A stretch of DNA of 64,000 bases from Desulfuromonadales bacterium (GTDB taxonomy: Bacteria > Desulfobacterota > Desulfuromonadia > Desulfuromonadales > Syntrophotaleaceae). Within the stretch, counting starts at the first letter, position 1; each line of letters begins with the position of its first letter. Of the stretch, positions 39,388-48,612 are shown piece by piece. The position numbers were made by a program, and so were the translations under genes. The notes beneath the pieces were generated by a model that saw only the letters and a program-made list of their open reading frames with translations, was not told the origin of the DNA and made no database searches. Where the stretch lies: assembly GCA_003561875.1 (NCBI GenBank), contig PWVL01000075.1:2042-66041 (forward strand), given 5' to 3'.

Positions 39388-40314
39388 TTAACTCCCGTTC
39401 TCGACACCACCAGCCGGTTCATCGATCCATTGACGCAGGACCAGCAACTGCAAAAAGAACGGGACACTGTAGGTGGCAGCAAAAGTCGCTTCCTGAGGAC
39501 CGAAAAACTGGCTGCTGAAGGCCAGGATCAGAATGTAGTTAGGAAAGGACATACACACACGAGCAGCCGACCGGTAGCGGGGTGTCATCCCCCGTATCAG
39601 CAGGGCTCCAACCAGCAGAGCCAGCCCCACCAGCAGGCCGGCGGCGGCCATCGCTTCCAGGGCCAGAACCGGGTCCCGACGAAAATGTTCCGAATAACGG
39701 GAAAATACTCCCACATTGGTCAGGGCGATAGCCCCAAGGCACAGAGGATAGTGCCGCTGCAACATCCAGTCGGCAGATCGGGGCAGCCAGCGCTGGCAGG
39801 CCCGACCGGAAAGAGCCGGAACAAAAATCATCATTGCCAGCATCTGCACCATGGCCGGCACCCCGACCTGCAGAGTGGCACCGGCCAGCCATGAAACCAG
39901 GGGCGGCAGGGTGAAGGGCAGGGCCATGGAAGAAAGGATGACGCCCGCCGTGGTCAGCCCCACGTCGGCCTGCAACAGACGAGCAAAAAAAGGCGCCAGC
40001 ACCGCAGTCGAGGCACCGGCCATGAGCAGGGCGGCCAGTTCGTACTGCGGCCAGAAAATCCGATAAAACGAGAAGGCCACCAAGGGTAGCAGCAGACATT
40101 TCGCTGTCAACAGTCGCGCCGTAGCCAGCGGCGCCTCCAGGGCGCAGCCCGCCACCCGGCCCAGATCGACGGCCAGAAAAGACAGAAACAGCATAAACAT
40201 CACGCAAGCCATGGGTACGACCCGCAGAGGTTCAGCCAGTTGAGGCAGAAAAATGCCGACCACCATGGTAGTGTAACTGGTCAGCAGCAACAGGGCATCT
40301 TTTTTTCGAAACAT
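39388..40314 (-). CDS. Polytopic membrane transporter, bile acid:Na+ symporter (BASS/SBF)-like
   Basis: 308 aa with about 9-10 hydrophobic helices. Length and helix pattern resemble the SBF family. The assignment is tentative. Confidence 0.55.
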   Translation of the reverse strand: MFRKKDALLLLTSYTTMVVGIFLPQLAEPLRVVPMACVMFMLFLSFLAVDLGRVAGCALEAPLATARLLTAKCLLLPLVAFSFYRIFWPQYELAALLMAGASTAVLAPFFARLLQADVGLTTAGVILSSMALPFTLPPLVSWLAGATLQVGVPAMVQMLAMMIFVPALSGRACQRWLPRSADWMLQRHYPLCLGAIALTNVGVFSRYSEHFRRDPVLALEAMAAAGLLVGLALLVGALLIRGMTPRYRSAARVCMSFPNYILILAFSSQFFGPQEATFAATYSVPFFLQLLVLRQWIDEPAGGVENGS

Positions 40315-40329
40315 GGCAACGTTTTCTTT

Positions 40330-40608
40330 CTAATATCCTTCCGGACTTTCCAGACCGATAAAGCGCAGTTTTCCTATGTGAAACGAGCAATTTTTCGTTG
40401 TGGCAAAAAAATCAAAGCCTTGTGCAGAGGCGCCGCACAGTTCCTCGAGATAGAGGAAATGGACAGCCTCTGGCTGCTCGAAGGGCAAAAGCCAGGAATA
40501 TTCCGAGTCACAAACAAGGTCGCAGATTGTCGCCACCACGACGAAAAAGGGCCGTTTCCGGATGAAGCTTTCTATGGTCCGGCCTGTTAAAAGTCTGATT
40601 GACATCAA
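40330..40608 (-). CDS. Hypothetical protein (92 aa)
   Basis: The ORF ends 16 nt upstream of the transporter start, in a locally AT-richer stretch. No recognisable domain. Confidence 0.3.
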   Translation of the reverse strand: MMSIRLLTGRTIESFIRKRPFFVVVATICDLVCDSEYSWLLPFEQPEAVHFLYLEELCGASAQGFDFFATTKNCSFHIGKLRFIGLESPEGY

Positions 40609-40752
40609 CGGTTCGGTTCGGTCCCGTCCAGTCCGATCCGCCTGAAAGCGGCGTCACCCGTCGGGACAATTCTTGACTTTTTGTGCAAAAACTAACAGGT
40701 TATTGGCGAAACTATCCGCCTTGCCCGCAATCTTTTTTATCCAGAGGCCGAC

Positions 40753-41244
40753 ATGGACCCGAGTATTGCCGCTGCTTCCGATTGTAACGAGCCGGATGCC
40801 GCTGCCCTTTACGACGACCGGGATCCCTACCTTATGGCGCTGGCCGCCGCCTTCAAGGCGCGGGACGCGGACTGCATCGAGGAAATCGCCCGTTTTGCTT
40901 CCGCCGCCGGTTGGAAGCATATCGGTATCGCCTGTTGTGTGGCCGTCGGCAAGGAGGCGGAGCGCCTCGTTCAACGGTTGGGCAAACACTTTCGCATAAC
41001 GTGTGTCGACTGCAAAGTCTGCCGCATTCCGGCGGCAGCATTTGCTCCGGGTGAGAGTGACCCCTCCTGCAAGTTCATCGGACAGGCCTCGGTTCTGGCC
41101 GCGCAGGCCACCGATATGAATAACGCCATGGGCCTGTGACTCGGCCATGACCTGCTCTTCGCGCGCCATTCCCAGGCACCGGTAACCACGTTGATTGTCA
41201 AGAACCGGAAACATGGTCACAACCCGGAAGCCGCACTGAAATTA
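40753..41244 (+). pseudogene. DUF1847-family gene interrupted by an in-frame TGA at the conserved Cys of the GLC[VL]GHD motif (pseudogene, or less likely a selenoprotein)
   Basis: The frame reads ...DMNNAMGL-TGA(41137-41139)-LGHDLLFARHSQAPVTTLIVKNRKHGHNPEAAL. This is the GLCxGHD...APxTTLxVKxR..GHNP..AL signature as I recall it for DUF1847. The frame then stays open to 41547, overlapping the next gene. Confidence 0.5.
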
Positions 41245-41317
41245 ATGGTTGTATCTTTGTTTGCCGGACCGGCGAATCAGACCCGTCGATCCCCTAACCG
41301 CTTCAAGGAGATTTCCC

Positions 41318-41704
41318 GTGCTTCTGCGTTCGTTGCTTCTTCCAATCCTGCTCCTGACAACTCTGGCCCCGGTCGCGGCCCAAGCCGGAACCCTGGGCCA
41401 CAGGCGCTTTGCCTGCATCGAGCTGCAATGGAGAATTCCACCGAACAGCGACACGGTCCAGATCGAATTCGTTCTGGGCACGGAACCCTTCGCCCGCATG
41501 ACCCTGTCGCCGGAACAGAATTTCCGCCAATTCAACTATTCCATTGACGCCATTCTTGCCGAAGGACGCATGCGCCTGAGAATCGACGAAAAACGCAACC
41601 AGGGGATCCTCAACATCGACAGTCTCCGCTATCGCTGCTACAGTCCCGCGGAACGGATTTTCTCCGGCGAACTGGCGACCTTTGACCTGCCATCGAAGCC
41701 TTGA
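41318..41704 (+). CDS. Hypothetical secreted protein (128 aa)
   Basis: GTG start with AAGGAG 8 nt upstream. Signal peptide VLLRSLLLPILLLTTLAPVAAQA|G. No domain recognised. Confidence 0.55.
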   Translation: MLLRSLLLPILLLTTLAPVAAQAGTLGHRRFACIELQWRIPPNSDTVQIEFVLGTEPFARMTLSPEQNFRQFNYSIDAILAEGRMRLRIDEKRNQGILNIDSLRYRCYSPAERIFSGELATFDLPSKP

Positions 41705-41898
41705 GCCCCGGCACAGTGCACCCTTGCCTGAACGGAGGAAGAACCGCGAGCCGCGAACCGTGTACGGTCTTCTGTTCCGGCGACGCGGTCAGCCATTCTA
41801 CCTTTTTGCGCTGACCTTGACCAGCGCCCGGCAACAGCAATGCACAGGCAGGGAGTTTTTACTAACGGTTGACCTTCGCCGCCACAACAGGACATTTC

Positions 41899-42546
41899 AT
41901 GATTAAAGCCGTTTTTTGGGACAACGACGGGGTTCTGGTAGAAACCGAGCACCTTTATTTTGAATCCTGTAGAGACGCCCTGCGTCAGATTGGTGTCGAA
42001 CTTTCTCTGCAGGAGTTCGTTCATCGCTCTCTGAATCTCGGGCAAAGCCCGCTGACTCTTGCCACTGAACGAGGTGTCTCCGAAGCCACTCTGCAGACTC
42101 TGCGCCGCTACAAAAACCAACGCTACTCGCAACTGTTGCGGGAAGGGCCGTTGCCAATGGAGGGGGTTGCCGAAACCCTGACCTCCCTTCACGGCAGGGT
42201 AGCCATGGCTATCGTCACCAGTTCGCAACGCGAGCATTTTGATCTTATTCATCGACACAATGGCTTGTTGGGTTATTTCAACTTTGTGCTGACCCGTGAG
42301 GACTATCAAAACAGCAAGCCTGATCCGGAGCCCTACCTGAAGGCATTGACAATGAGCGGCTTTTGCGCCGAGGAGTGTCTGGTGGTCGAGGACACCAAAC
42401 GTGGTTTGCAGGCCGCCCGCCGGGCTGGCCTGCGCTGCGTCGTACTGCCCAATCACCTGGCACCGGACACCCGCTTTGACGGCGCATTTCGCGTTCTTCG
42501 CGACCTGCGGGAACTCCCTTCCCTGATACTCGCGGACAAACCTTAA
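41899..42546 (+). CDS. HAD-superfamily hydrolase (beta-phosphoglucomutase-like phosphatase)
   Basis: MIKAVFWDNDGVLVETE (DxDGV motif I), IVTSS (motif II) and VVEDTKRGLQAARRAG (motifs III/IV). Confidence 0.85.
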   Translation: MIKAVFWDNDGVLVETEHLYFESCRDALRQIGVELSLQEFVHRSLNLGQSPLTLATERGVSEATLQTLRRYKNQRYSQLLREGPLPMEGVAETLTSLHGRVAMAIVTSSQREHFDLIHRHNGLLGYFNFVLTREDYQNSKPDPEPYLKALTMSGFCAEECLVVEDTKRGLQAARRAGLRCVVLPNHLAPDTRFDGAFRVLRDLRELPSLILADKP

Positions 42547-42717
42547 AAAAACCACGCCCCGTTTACTGCCCGACACGGAAAAAGAACCGCAAAAAAAAGT
42601 TAAAAGGGTTTACTTTGCTTTATGAGCGCTTTACTATCATGAGCAGTTAACTTTTGGCAGGCGGTTTTTCTTCCAACCTGCCCGAACCAACCCTCTGAGC
42701 AGCAGGCCTTTTCCATC

Positions 42718-44142
42718 GTGAAACATATCAATGCCCAAGACAACTCCGGCGCCGGCTTTCTCTTTCGACACACTCTGCTGACCGGTTTTTTACTCCTTCT
42801 GCCGCTGGTGATCTTCGGCTGGCTGTTAGTTCAGCAACAGTCATTGCGCCGGCAGGTTGCCGCGCTGGAATTGATGGCCTACTTTCGGGACCAGGTGCGC
42901 GAAATCGAACATCGGGGCATTGACCAGACGCTTTTCCAGAAGCGGGAACACCCGGCCGGTATCGGGCACCGGATCCCGGGCCAACAGACTCCGCTTCCGG
43001 AATTGCTGCTGATTCATCAGGACGGGACCATCCGGCCCGTTTCCGCTTTCGGGGACGTCCGTTTCGTTGCGGAGAAACTTGCCGGCATTTTTTCCCTGGA
43101 AGGCGAAGCTGTCGCGGCCCGCCTTGCCGACCTGCCGCCCTGGCGGCTTATCCCCATTGAAAATCACTTCGTGATTCGAGCTCCGTTGCAGAATCCCGCC
43201 TGGCAAGTGGTGTTGGCCCAATCCTCGAAAGCTCTGAACAACACCGGCACTTTCACTGCTGCACATGGCATTTTCGCCTTTCTGCTGCTGGGGTTCGGCT
43301 GTGTCGTGGGCTTTTGCGTGTTCAATCACCGGCGTGTGATTCTTCCTTCGATGCTACTTCTTCGATGCTTCCATGCCTTCGAACAAGGGAAGCCATGCCC
43401 GTTGGATGACCTGCCCAAGGGTGCCTGGCACCCCTGGTTTCAACGTGTGGAATTGCTGTTTAGCCAAAATCGAAGCCACATCCTGCAGGAACGGAAAGAC
43501 CTGACCTCCCTCGATCGCCAATTGAAAGAACGTACCATGGAACTGGAGCGACTCTCCCTTGCTTACCGGCAGGAAATGACGGAACGAAAGCAAGCAGAAA
43601 CCGCTCTGAACCGGCTCAACCTGGAACTGCGGGAACTCTGGCCCGTAGACGGTCTGACGGGGATTGCAAGTTACCGAAAATTTCAGGAACAGCTGCAACT
43701 TTTCTGGGAGCAGTTGCTGCGGCAAAAACGTCCCCTGTCCATACTGGCCTGCAGTGTCGATTGCCACCGCCAGTACAGCGATGCCTATGGCCGGCAGGCC
43801 GCCGATCATCGACTGCGGGAGATCGCTCAAGCCATCCAATCGGCACTTCAGCATCACAACGACCTGGTGGCACGGCACGGTCGATCCCAATTTCTGGTCC
43901 TGCTGCCCGGCACCGACGCCCCGGGAAGTCGTAAGGTGGCCGCCGCCGTTCAGCAGGCTATTGCCGGCCTGGATATTGTCCGTTGCGGCCAGCCGCCGGA
44001 ATCCTGTATAAGGGTAAGCATCGGCCTGGCCACTGCTGTGCCGACACGCGACGAAAGTGCCGCAGAATTGCTGGACGCCGCCCGAAGCCGCTGCCAGACC
44101 GAATCCCACTGGGACCAATTTTCGGCCGATCATAACCGGTGA
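42718..44142 (+). CDS. Membrane-anchored GGDEF-domain protein with a degenerate active site (GRSQF)
   Basis: Two TM segments flank a periplasmic region, followed by a coiled-coil and a GGDEF fold (DGLTGIASYRKF...). The signature reads ARHGRSQF (43879-43893) instead of GG[DE]EF, and the RxxD I-site position reads HHND. GTG start. Confidence 0.8.
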   Translation: MKHINAQDNSGAGFLFRHTLLTGFLLLLPLVIFGWLLVQQQSLRRQVAALELMAYFRDQVREIEHRGIDQTLFQKREHPAGIGHRIPGQQTPLPELLLIHQDGTIRPVSAFGDVRFVAEKLAGIFSLEGEAVAARLADLPPWRLIPIENHFVIRAPLQNPAWQVVLAQSSKALNNTGTFTAAHGIFAFLLLGFGCVVGFCVFNHRRVILPSMLLLRCFHAFEQGKPCPLDDLPKGAWHPWFQRVELLFSQNRSHILQERKDLTSLDRQLKERTMELERLSLAYRQEMTERKQAETALNRLNLELRELWPVDGLTGIASYRKFQEQLQLFWEQLLRQKRPLSILACSVDCHRQYSDAYGRQAADHRLREIAQAIQSALQHHNDLVARHGRSQFLVLLPGTDAPGSRKVAAAVQQAIAGLDIVRCGQPPESCIRVSIGLATAVPTRDESAAELLDAARSRCQTESHWDQFSADHNR

Positions 44143-44276
44143 TGTTGAAGGGGCGCCGTCCCTCCACGCCGATACCATAAGGATCCCCACGGGTCGCCAG
44201 CGCCCGTAACCCTTCGGTTATGATTGCCTCTCACTGTGCGGGTGATGGTGGCCCGCCCGGTTCTGGAGACCTGCCG

Positions 44277-45851
44277 ATGAAAATCAGCACAGTGCAACAG
44301 ATGCGCAACATGGATCGCGAGGCCATTGAGGATTATGGCATTGCCGAAGACCTGCTGATGGAAAATGCCGGACAGGCGGCCTGCACAGCCCTTCAACGAT
44401 TGCAGCCGGTCTCTGGAAGGCGCGTGGCGATTTTTTGCGGGATCGGCAACAATGGCGGCGACGGTCTGGTGCTGGCGCGGAAACTTCACGCGCTGGGGGC
44501 CGAGGTGCGTCTCTTTCTGCTGGGCGATCCGAGCCGGTTTCAGGGCGCGGCGCGACGAAACCATGCCATCGTACAGCGCCTGAATCTGAACATGGAGACA
44601 ATCCCAAGCGCTGACGGTCTCGGCGAAGAATTAACCCGGTGGGACATCCTGGTCGATGCCATTTTCGGGACCGGCCTTTCGCGCCCGGTGGAAGGCTTGT
44701 ACGAGCAAGTAATCACCCTGATGAATCGCAGCGGCAGGCCGATACTGAGCCTGGACATCCCCTCGGGAGTGTCCGGTGACAGTGGACTGATCATGGGCAC
44801 CGCGGTACAGGCCACCGCGACGGTCACCTTGGGCCTTCCCAAAATCGGCAACTTCCTTCATCCCGGCTTTGTTATGGGTGGCCGGCTTTATGTCAGCCAT
44901 CTTTCCTTTCCCAGGGCTTTGACCGAAGATCCCCGACTACGGGTTTCCGTCAACAATCCTCCACCGCTACCGCCCAGGGCGGCGGATGGACACAAGAGCA
45001 GTTTCGGCCAGGCCCTGTTCGTCGCTGGAGCGGCGGGCTACCTCGGCGCTCCGCGCCTTGCTGCTCTGGCTTTTCTCAAAGCCGGCGGCGGTTACAGCCG
45101 ACTTGCAGCTCCGGAATCCCTTGTTCCGTTTCTGGCCGTGCAGGCCGGTGAAATCGTCTTCATTCCCCAGCGTCAGACCTCGACAGGAAACCTCGCTCTC
45201 TGCAATCGAGAAGCCCTGCTGGAGTTGGCCGCCAGCCAGGATTTCGTTGTGATCGGGCCGGGGACTTCTCTCGATCCGGAAAGCCAGCAACTGATGCGAA
45301 CCCTGGTCGAACAGATCGAGGGCCCCCTGCTGGTTGACGGCGACGGCCTCACGGCCTTGGGCTCCGACTGCCAACGGCTCGCCGGGCGCCGCGGCCCGAC
45401 GGTTCTCACCCCGCACATGGGCGAAATGGCCCGTCTCACCGGTCTTTCCATTGAGGCGCTTATCAGAGACCGCATCCCTGTTGTGCGGCAGACCGCCCAG
45501 CAGACGCGATCGGTTATCGTGCTTAAGGGCCCCCACTCCCTCATCGCCACGCCCGAGGGTGAGGTTTTTATCAACCCGAGCGGCAACAGCGGCCTGGGCT
45601 CGGCGGGCACCGGCGACGTCCTTACCGGCACCATCGCCGCCGCTTTTGGCCTTGGCCTGCCGTTTATCGAGGCTATCTGCAAAGGGGTTTTTCTTCACGG
45701 ATTGGCCGGCGACCTGGCTGCCCTGGCGATCGGCGAAGATGGCATGAGCGCCGAGGATGTGCTGCGCCATCTGCCCGAAGCGCTGCGGGCTGATCGTCAC
45801 GGCCTCCCCGAAACTTTGGCCCGGCGTTATGCCATTCCCTGTCTCGATTGA
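44277..45851 (+). CDS. nnr: Bifunctional NAD(P)H-hydrate epimerase / ADP-dependent dehydratase
   Basis: YjeF-N domain (FCGIGNNGGDGLVLAR) fused to a YjeF-C carbohydrate-kinase domain (...GNSGLGSAGTGDVLTG). GGAGA lies upstream of ATG 44277. Confidence 0.92.
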   Translation: MKISTVQQMRNMDREAIEDYGIAEDLLMENAGQAACTALQRLQPVSGRRVAIFCGIGNNGGDGLVLARKLHALGAEVRLFLLGDPSRFQGAARRNHAIVQRLNLNMETIPSADGLGEELTRWDILVDAIFGTGLSRPVEGLYEQVITLMNRSGRPILSLDIPSGVSGDSGLIMGTAVQATATVTLGLPKIGNFLHPGFVMGGRLYVSHLSFPRALTEDPRLRVSVNNPPPLPPRAADGHKSSFGQALFVAGAAGYLGAPRLAALAFLKAGGGYSRLAAPESLVPFLAVQAGEIVFIPQRQTSTGNLALCNREALLELAASQDFVVIGPGTSLDPESQQLMRTLVEQIEGPLLVDGDGLTALGSDCQRLAGRRGPTVLTPHMGEMARLTGLSIEALIRDRIPVVRQTAQQTRSVIVLKGPHSLIATPEGEVFINPSGNSGLGSAGTGDVLTGTIAAAFGLGLPFIEAICKGVFLHGLAGDLAALAIGEDGMSAEDVLRHLPEALRADRHGLPETLARRYAIPCLD

Positions 45852-45902
45852 ACAAACGGCACAAAAAACCCGTCTTGCGACGGGTTTTTTGTGCCGTTTG
45901 TT
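45851..45902. terminator. Bidirectional intrinsic terminator (24-bp perfect hairpin)
   Basis: AACAAACGGCACAAAAAACCCGTC-ttgc-GACGGGTTTTTTGTGCCGTTTGTT. It has an A-run/T-run core and lies between the convergent nnr and SH3-protein genes. Confidence 0.85.
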
Positions 45903-45926
45903 TTCCCTGAAGCGTCCGACAGCCCC

Positions 45927-46598
45927 CTAAAAGGGCCGTTTTTTGGTCCGCGAACTTTTGCCCAACAGCCAGCCGCCGAAAAGAACGCCGGCACCGGCGA
46001 GAAACCACTTGACCATGGCCTTGCGCAACAAATTTTCGTTTTCCTGCCGCAGGCGTTCCAGTTCACTGCCGTAACGGCTGTTCTCTTCCTTGAGAAGATC
46101 CCGCTCTTCCATCAATTCCAACACGTTGCTGGCGTTTTCCTGTAACTCCTGATACTCCTTCTCCAGGGAAACCCGAGCCTTCTGCTCCCGGTCCAGAGAT
46201 CGCCGGGACTCTGTAAGTTGCTGCTGCAAGGCTCGTTTTTCGCTTTCCCATGCGGCAGCCTGCGCGGTCATTTCGGCCTGCCGTTCCCTGATCTGTGTCA
46301 ACTCCCGCTCCAGGCGGGCAATAACCAGGGCTCGGGGAATCTGGGCGCTGATATACTGCTTCAGCACATAGCCTTCCAGACCATCCCGAGTACGGACCTT
46401 GAGGTAGTCCCCATGTTCTTCGAGAACCTCCAGCGCCGTACCGGTGGTCAAAGACCGCAGAATCCGGTATTGGGTTCCCGGCCCGCGCCGAAAAGTGATG
46501 CTAATCTGGTCGGACACATAGCGCGTATCGGCCAGTGCCGGCACCACCGCCAGGAGGTAGACACCAAACAGCAGAAAGCAGAAGGTGAGGCCCCGCAT
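45927..46598 (-). CDS. SH3-domain membrane protein, YgiM-like (TIGR04211-type architecture)
   Basis: Signal peptide, an SH3b block (TRYVSDQISITFRRGPGTQYRILRSL...), a long coiled-coil and a C-terminal TM segment plus basic tail (WFLAGAGVLFGGWLLGKSSRTKKRPF). AAAGGAG lies 5 nt upstream of ATG 46598. Confidence 0.8.
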   Translation of the reverse strand: MRGLTFCFLLFGVYLLAVVPALADTRYVSDQISITFRRGPGTQYRILRSLTTGTALEVLEEHGDYLKVRTRDGLEGYVLKQYISAQIPRALVIARLERELTQIRERQAEMTAQAAAWESEKRALQQQLTESRRSLDREQKARVSLEKEYQELQENASNVLELMEERDLLKEENSRYGSELERLRQENENLLRKAMVKWFLAGAGVLFGGWLLGKSSRTKKRPF

Positions 46599-46732
46599 GA
46601 CAACTCCTTTACTGAAGCGCTTGGGATTATAGACCACAAGCCGAAATGATGGAATTTTCGGCGACAGCCGAACCCCGTTCTGCCCCCGTAGGCCGAAATC
46701 CGCAAACCACCCGGATTCCCGCATTAACAGAT

Positions 46733-46924
46733 TCACCGGCTGGCCTGAATTCCCCCGGCAGAGGAGGTTTTTGCAGTACCCTGAGGGGCTGGCGGTGTTT
46801 CCTCACGGTAGCCCGCCTGTCCGGCCAGCAGGGCCAAGGCCAGCAGAATGCCCCCGGACAGGATCAGCAGTGAACGATAAGGGTCCCGAATCCCACCGGT
46901 TGAAACATTCGTGTCGGTTGCCAT
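46733..46924 (-). CDS. Hypothetical small membrane protein (63 aa)
   Basis: MATDTNVSTGGIRDPYRSLLILSGGILLALALLAGQAGY... has one TM helix. AAGGAG lies 12 nt upstream. It is the first ORF downstream of the sigma-54 promoter. Confidence 0.45.
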   Translation of the reverse strand: MATDTNVSTGGIRDPYRSLLILSGGILLALALLAGQAGYREETPPAPQGTAKTSSAGGIQASR

Positions 46925-47020
46925 GAGAAATGTACACTCCTTGCTCAAGAGGATGACACAACGGCTGCATCACAGCAATGTCATCAGGGATTAAAACAAC
47001 ATTTAAGGGATTAAGCAACG

Positions 47021-47036
47021 TGCAATCTCAGTACCA
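47021..47036 (-). promoter_or_regulatory. Sigma-54 (-24/-12) promoter
   Basis: Minus strand reads TGGTAC-TGAGA-TTGCA, which is the GG-N10-GC spacing of the TGGCAC-N5-TTGCA consensus. It points at the small ORF and SH3 gene, about 85 nt upstream of ATG 46924. Confidence 0.6.
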
Positions 47037-47100
47037 ACCGCAGAATTTTCCCCTTAAACACCTTATCGCCCGCATTCTCTCTGGGCAAAATACCGATTTA

Positions 47101-47132
47101 CGTCGTCAGAAAACGACATTACCTGAGATGTC
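47101..47132. promoter_or_regulatory. Candidate enhancer (UAS) dyads upstream of the sigma-54 promoter
   Basis: GTCGT-cagaaa-ACGAC (47102-47117) overlaps GACA-N10-TGTC (47115-47132), 65-110 bp upstream of the -24 element. A further ATGTCG copy is at 47217-47222. Confidence 0.3.
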
Positions 47133-47245
47133 GGCTGGAAAAAACCCTGCACAGATACCAGGCCGGAGTCCGGACTGCCAGAACATGAAGCTCCCCGGAC
47201 AAAACAACCGTTGTAGATGTCGCTCAGTGGCAACAGAGCTCGTTA

Positions 47246-48607
47246 TCACTCCTTGAAAAGACCCGGAACAATGTGGTGACGTCCCAGCAACTTGTAGAAT
47301 TCGGTTCGATTGCGGCCGGCGATACGTGCGGCGTAGGACACATTGCCTTTGGTCAGCTGCATCAGACGCACCAGATACTGCTGTTCGAATTCCCGGCGGG
47401 CCTCGCTGAAAGGCGGGATCTGATCCCGGCTTTCCTTGATGGCACTACTGATCAGTTCGGCCGGAATAATCGGGCTGGTGGAAAGAGCCACCGCCTGTTC
47501 CACCACGTTGCACAACTGCCGCACGTTGCCCGGCCAGGCGGCGTTGACCAGGACCTCCATGGCTTCAGGCGAAAAGCCGCTGAGCCGTTTGCCCGAGCGG
47601 GCCATCAGTTCCTGAAGAAAATGCTGAGCCAGAAGGGGAATGTCTTCACGGCGTTCCGCCAGACAAGGCAGTTCCAGCGCTACGACATTAAGCCGGTAGT
47701 ATAGATCCTCCCGAAAGTTGCCTTCGCTGATCTCCTCTTCGAGTTGACGATGGGTGGCAGAAATGATGCGCACATCAATATCCACCGGCGCCACCACTCC
47801 GACGGGGCGCATGCGCCTTTCCTGCAGTACCCGCAACAGTTTCACCTGAAGATTCAGCGGCATGTCGCCGATTTCGTCGAGAAACAGGGTACCCCCATGG
47901 GCCGAGCGGAACAGGCCGGGATAGTCCTTGACCGCACCGGTAAAGGCGCCCTTGCTGTGGCCAAACAGTTCGGACTCCAGCAGGGTATCGGGAATCGCCC
48001 CGCAGTTGATTCCCACAAAAGGCCCGGAACAGCGGACACTGGCCCAGTGAATGGCCCGCGCCAGCATCTCCTTTCCGGTCCCGCTCTCTCCGCGAATCAG
48101 AACCGCCGAACCGCTTTCGGCGGCCAGTTTGGCCCGGGACAGCAAATCGAGCATACGAGGCGACTGAGTGATGATTTCGCGACGCCAGTGCTCCGGCCCC
48201 TCCCGGTCGGCTTCAGGGGCCCCGGCCCCTCCGCACAAACTCAGGGCGCGGCGAATTTCCGCCAGCAGTTCTTCCTTCTGCAAAGGTTTGGCAAGAAATC
48301 CGTAAACTCCCCGGCGAGTAGCCTCGACGGCATCGGGAATCGAACCGTGGGCGGTCATGATAATGACCGGCAACGCGCTGTAGTTCTTGCGAACAGCCTC
48401 AAACAGGGCCATTCCGTCCATCCCCTCCATGCGCATGTCGGTGAGCAGCAGATGAGGTCTGACCACCGGCAGCAGAGCCAGGGCCTGTTCGCCGCTCTGG
48501 GCCACCGTTACCTGATAGCCAGCGGCGTTGAGGCGAATGGACAAAAGCCGCAGCAGGTCGACGTCGTCATCTACCAGCAACAGGCGATAGTGATCGTGCT
48601 CTTTCAT
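47246..48607 (-). CDS. Sigma-54-dependent response regulator (NtrC family; GlrR/QseF-like context)
   Basis: REC domain (LLLVDDDVDLL...TDMRMEGMDG), an AAA+ domain with GESGTGKE and GAFTGA, and a C-terminal Fis-type HTH. The start is at MKEHDHY (ATG 48607). Confidence 0.92.
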   Translation of the reverse strand: MKEHDHYRLLLVDDDVDLLRLLSIRLNAAGYQVTVAQSGEQALALLPVVRPHLLLTDMRMEGMDGMALFEAVRKNYSALPVIIMTAHGSIPDAVEATRRGVYGFLAKPLQKEELLAEIRRALSLCGGAGAPEADREGPEHWRREIITQSPRMLDLLSRAKLAAESGSAVLIRGESGTGKEMLARAIHWASVRCSGPFVGINCGAIPDTLLESELFGHSKGAFTGAVKDYPGLFRSAHGGTLFLDEIGDMPLNLQVKLLRVLQERRMRPVGVVAPVDIDVRIISATHRQLEEEISEGNFREDLYYRLNVVALELPCLAERREDIPLLAQHFLQELMARSGKRLSGFSPEAMEVLVNAAWPGNVRQLCNVVEQAVALSTSPIIPAELISSAIKESRDQIPPFSEARREFEQQYLVRLMQLTKGNVSYAARIAGRNRTEFYKLLGRHHIVPGLFKE

Positions 48608-48612
48608 AGTTC

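Noticed and set aside
41137-41200. SECIS element after the in-frame TGA of the DUF1847 gene
   Set aside because: Only 3-4-bp stems (for example CCUG/CAGG) could be drawn. No stable hairpin with an apical G/U-containing loop lies at the expected 15-35 nt distance. Selenocysteine is therefore kept only as the minority alternative in the finding.
41191-41547. 118-aa ORF listed as separate
   Set aside because: It is in the same frame as the DUF1847 gene and begins inside its conserved C-terminal block (IVKNRKHGHNPEAAL). The remainder is Pro/Arg/Gly/Ser-rich and overlaps a better-supported secreted-protein gene. It is not an independent gene.
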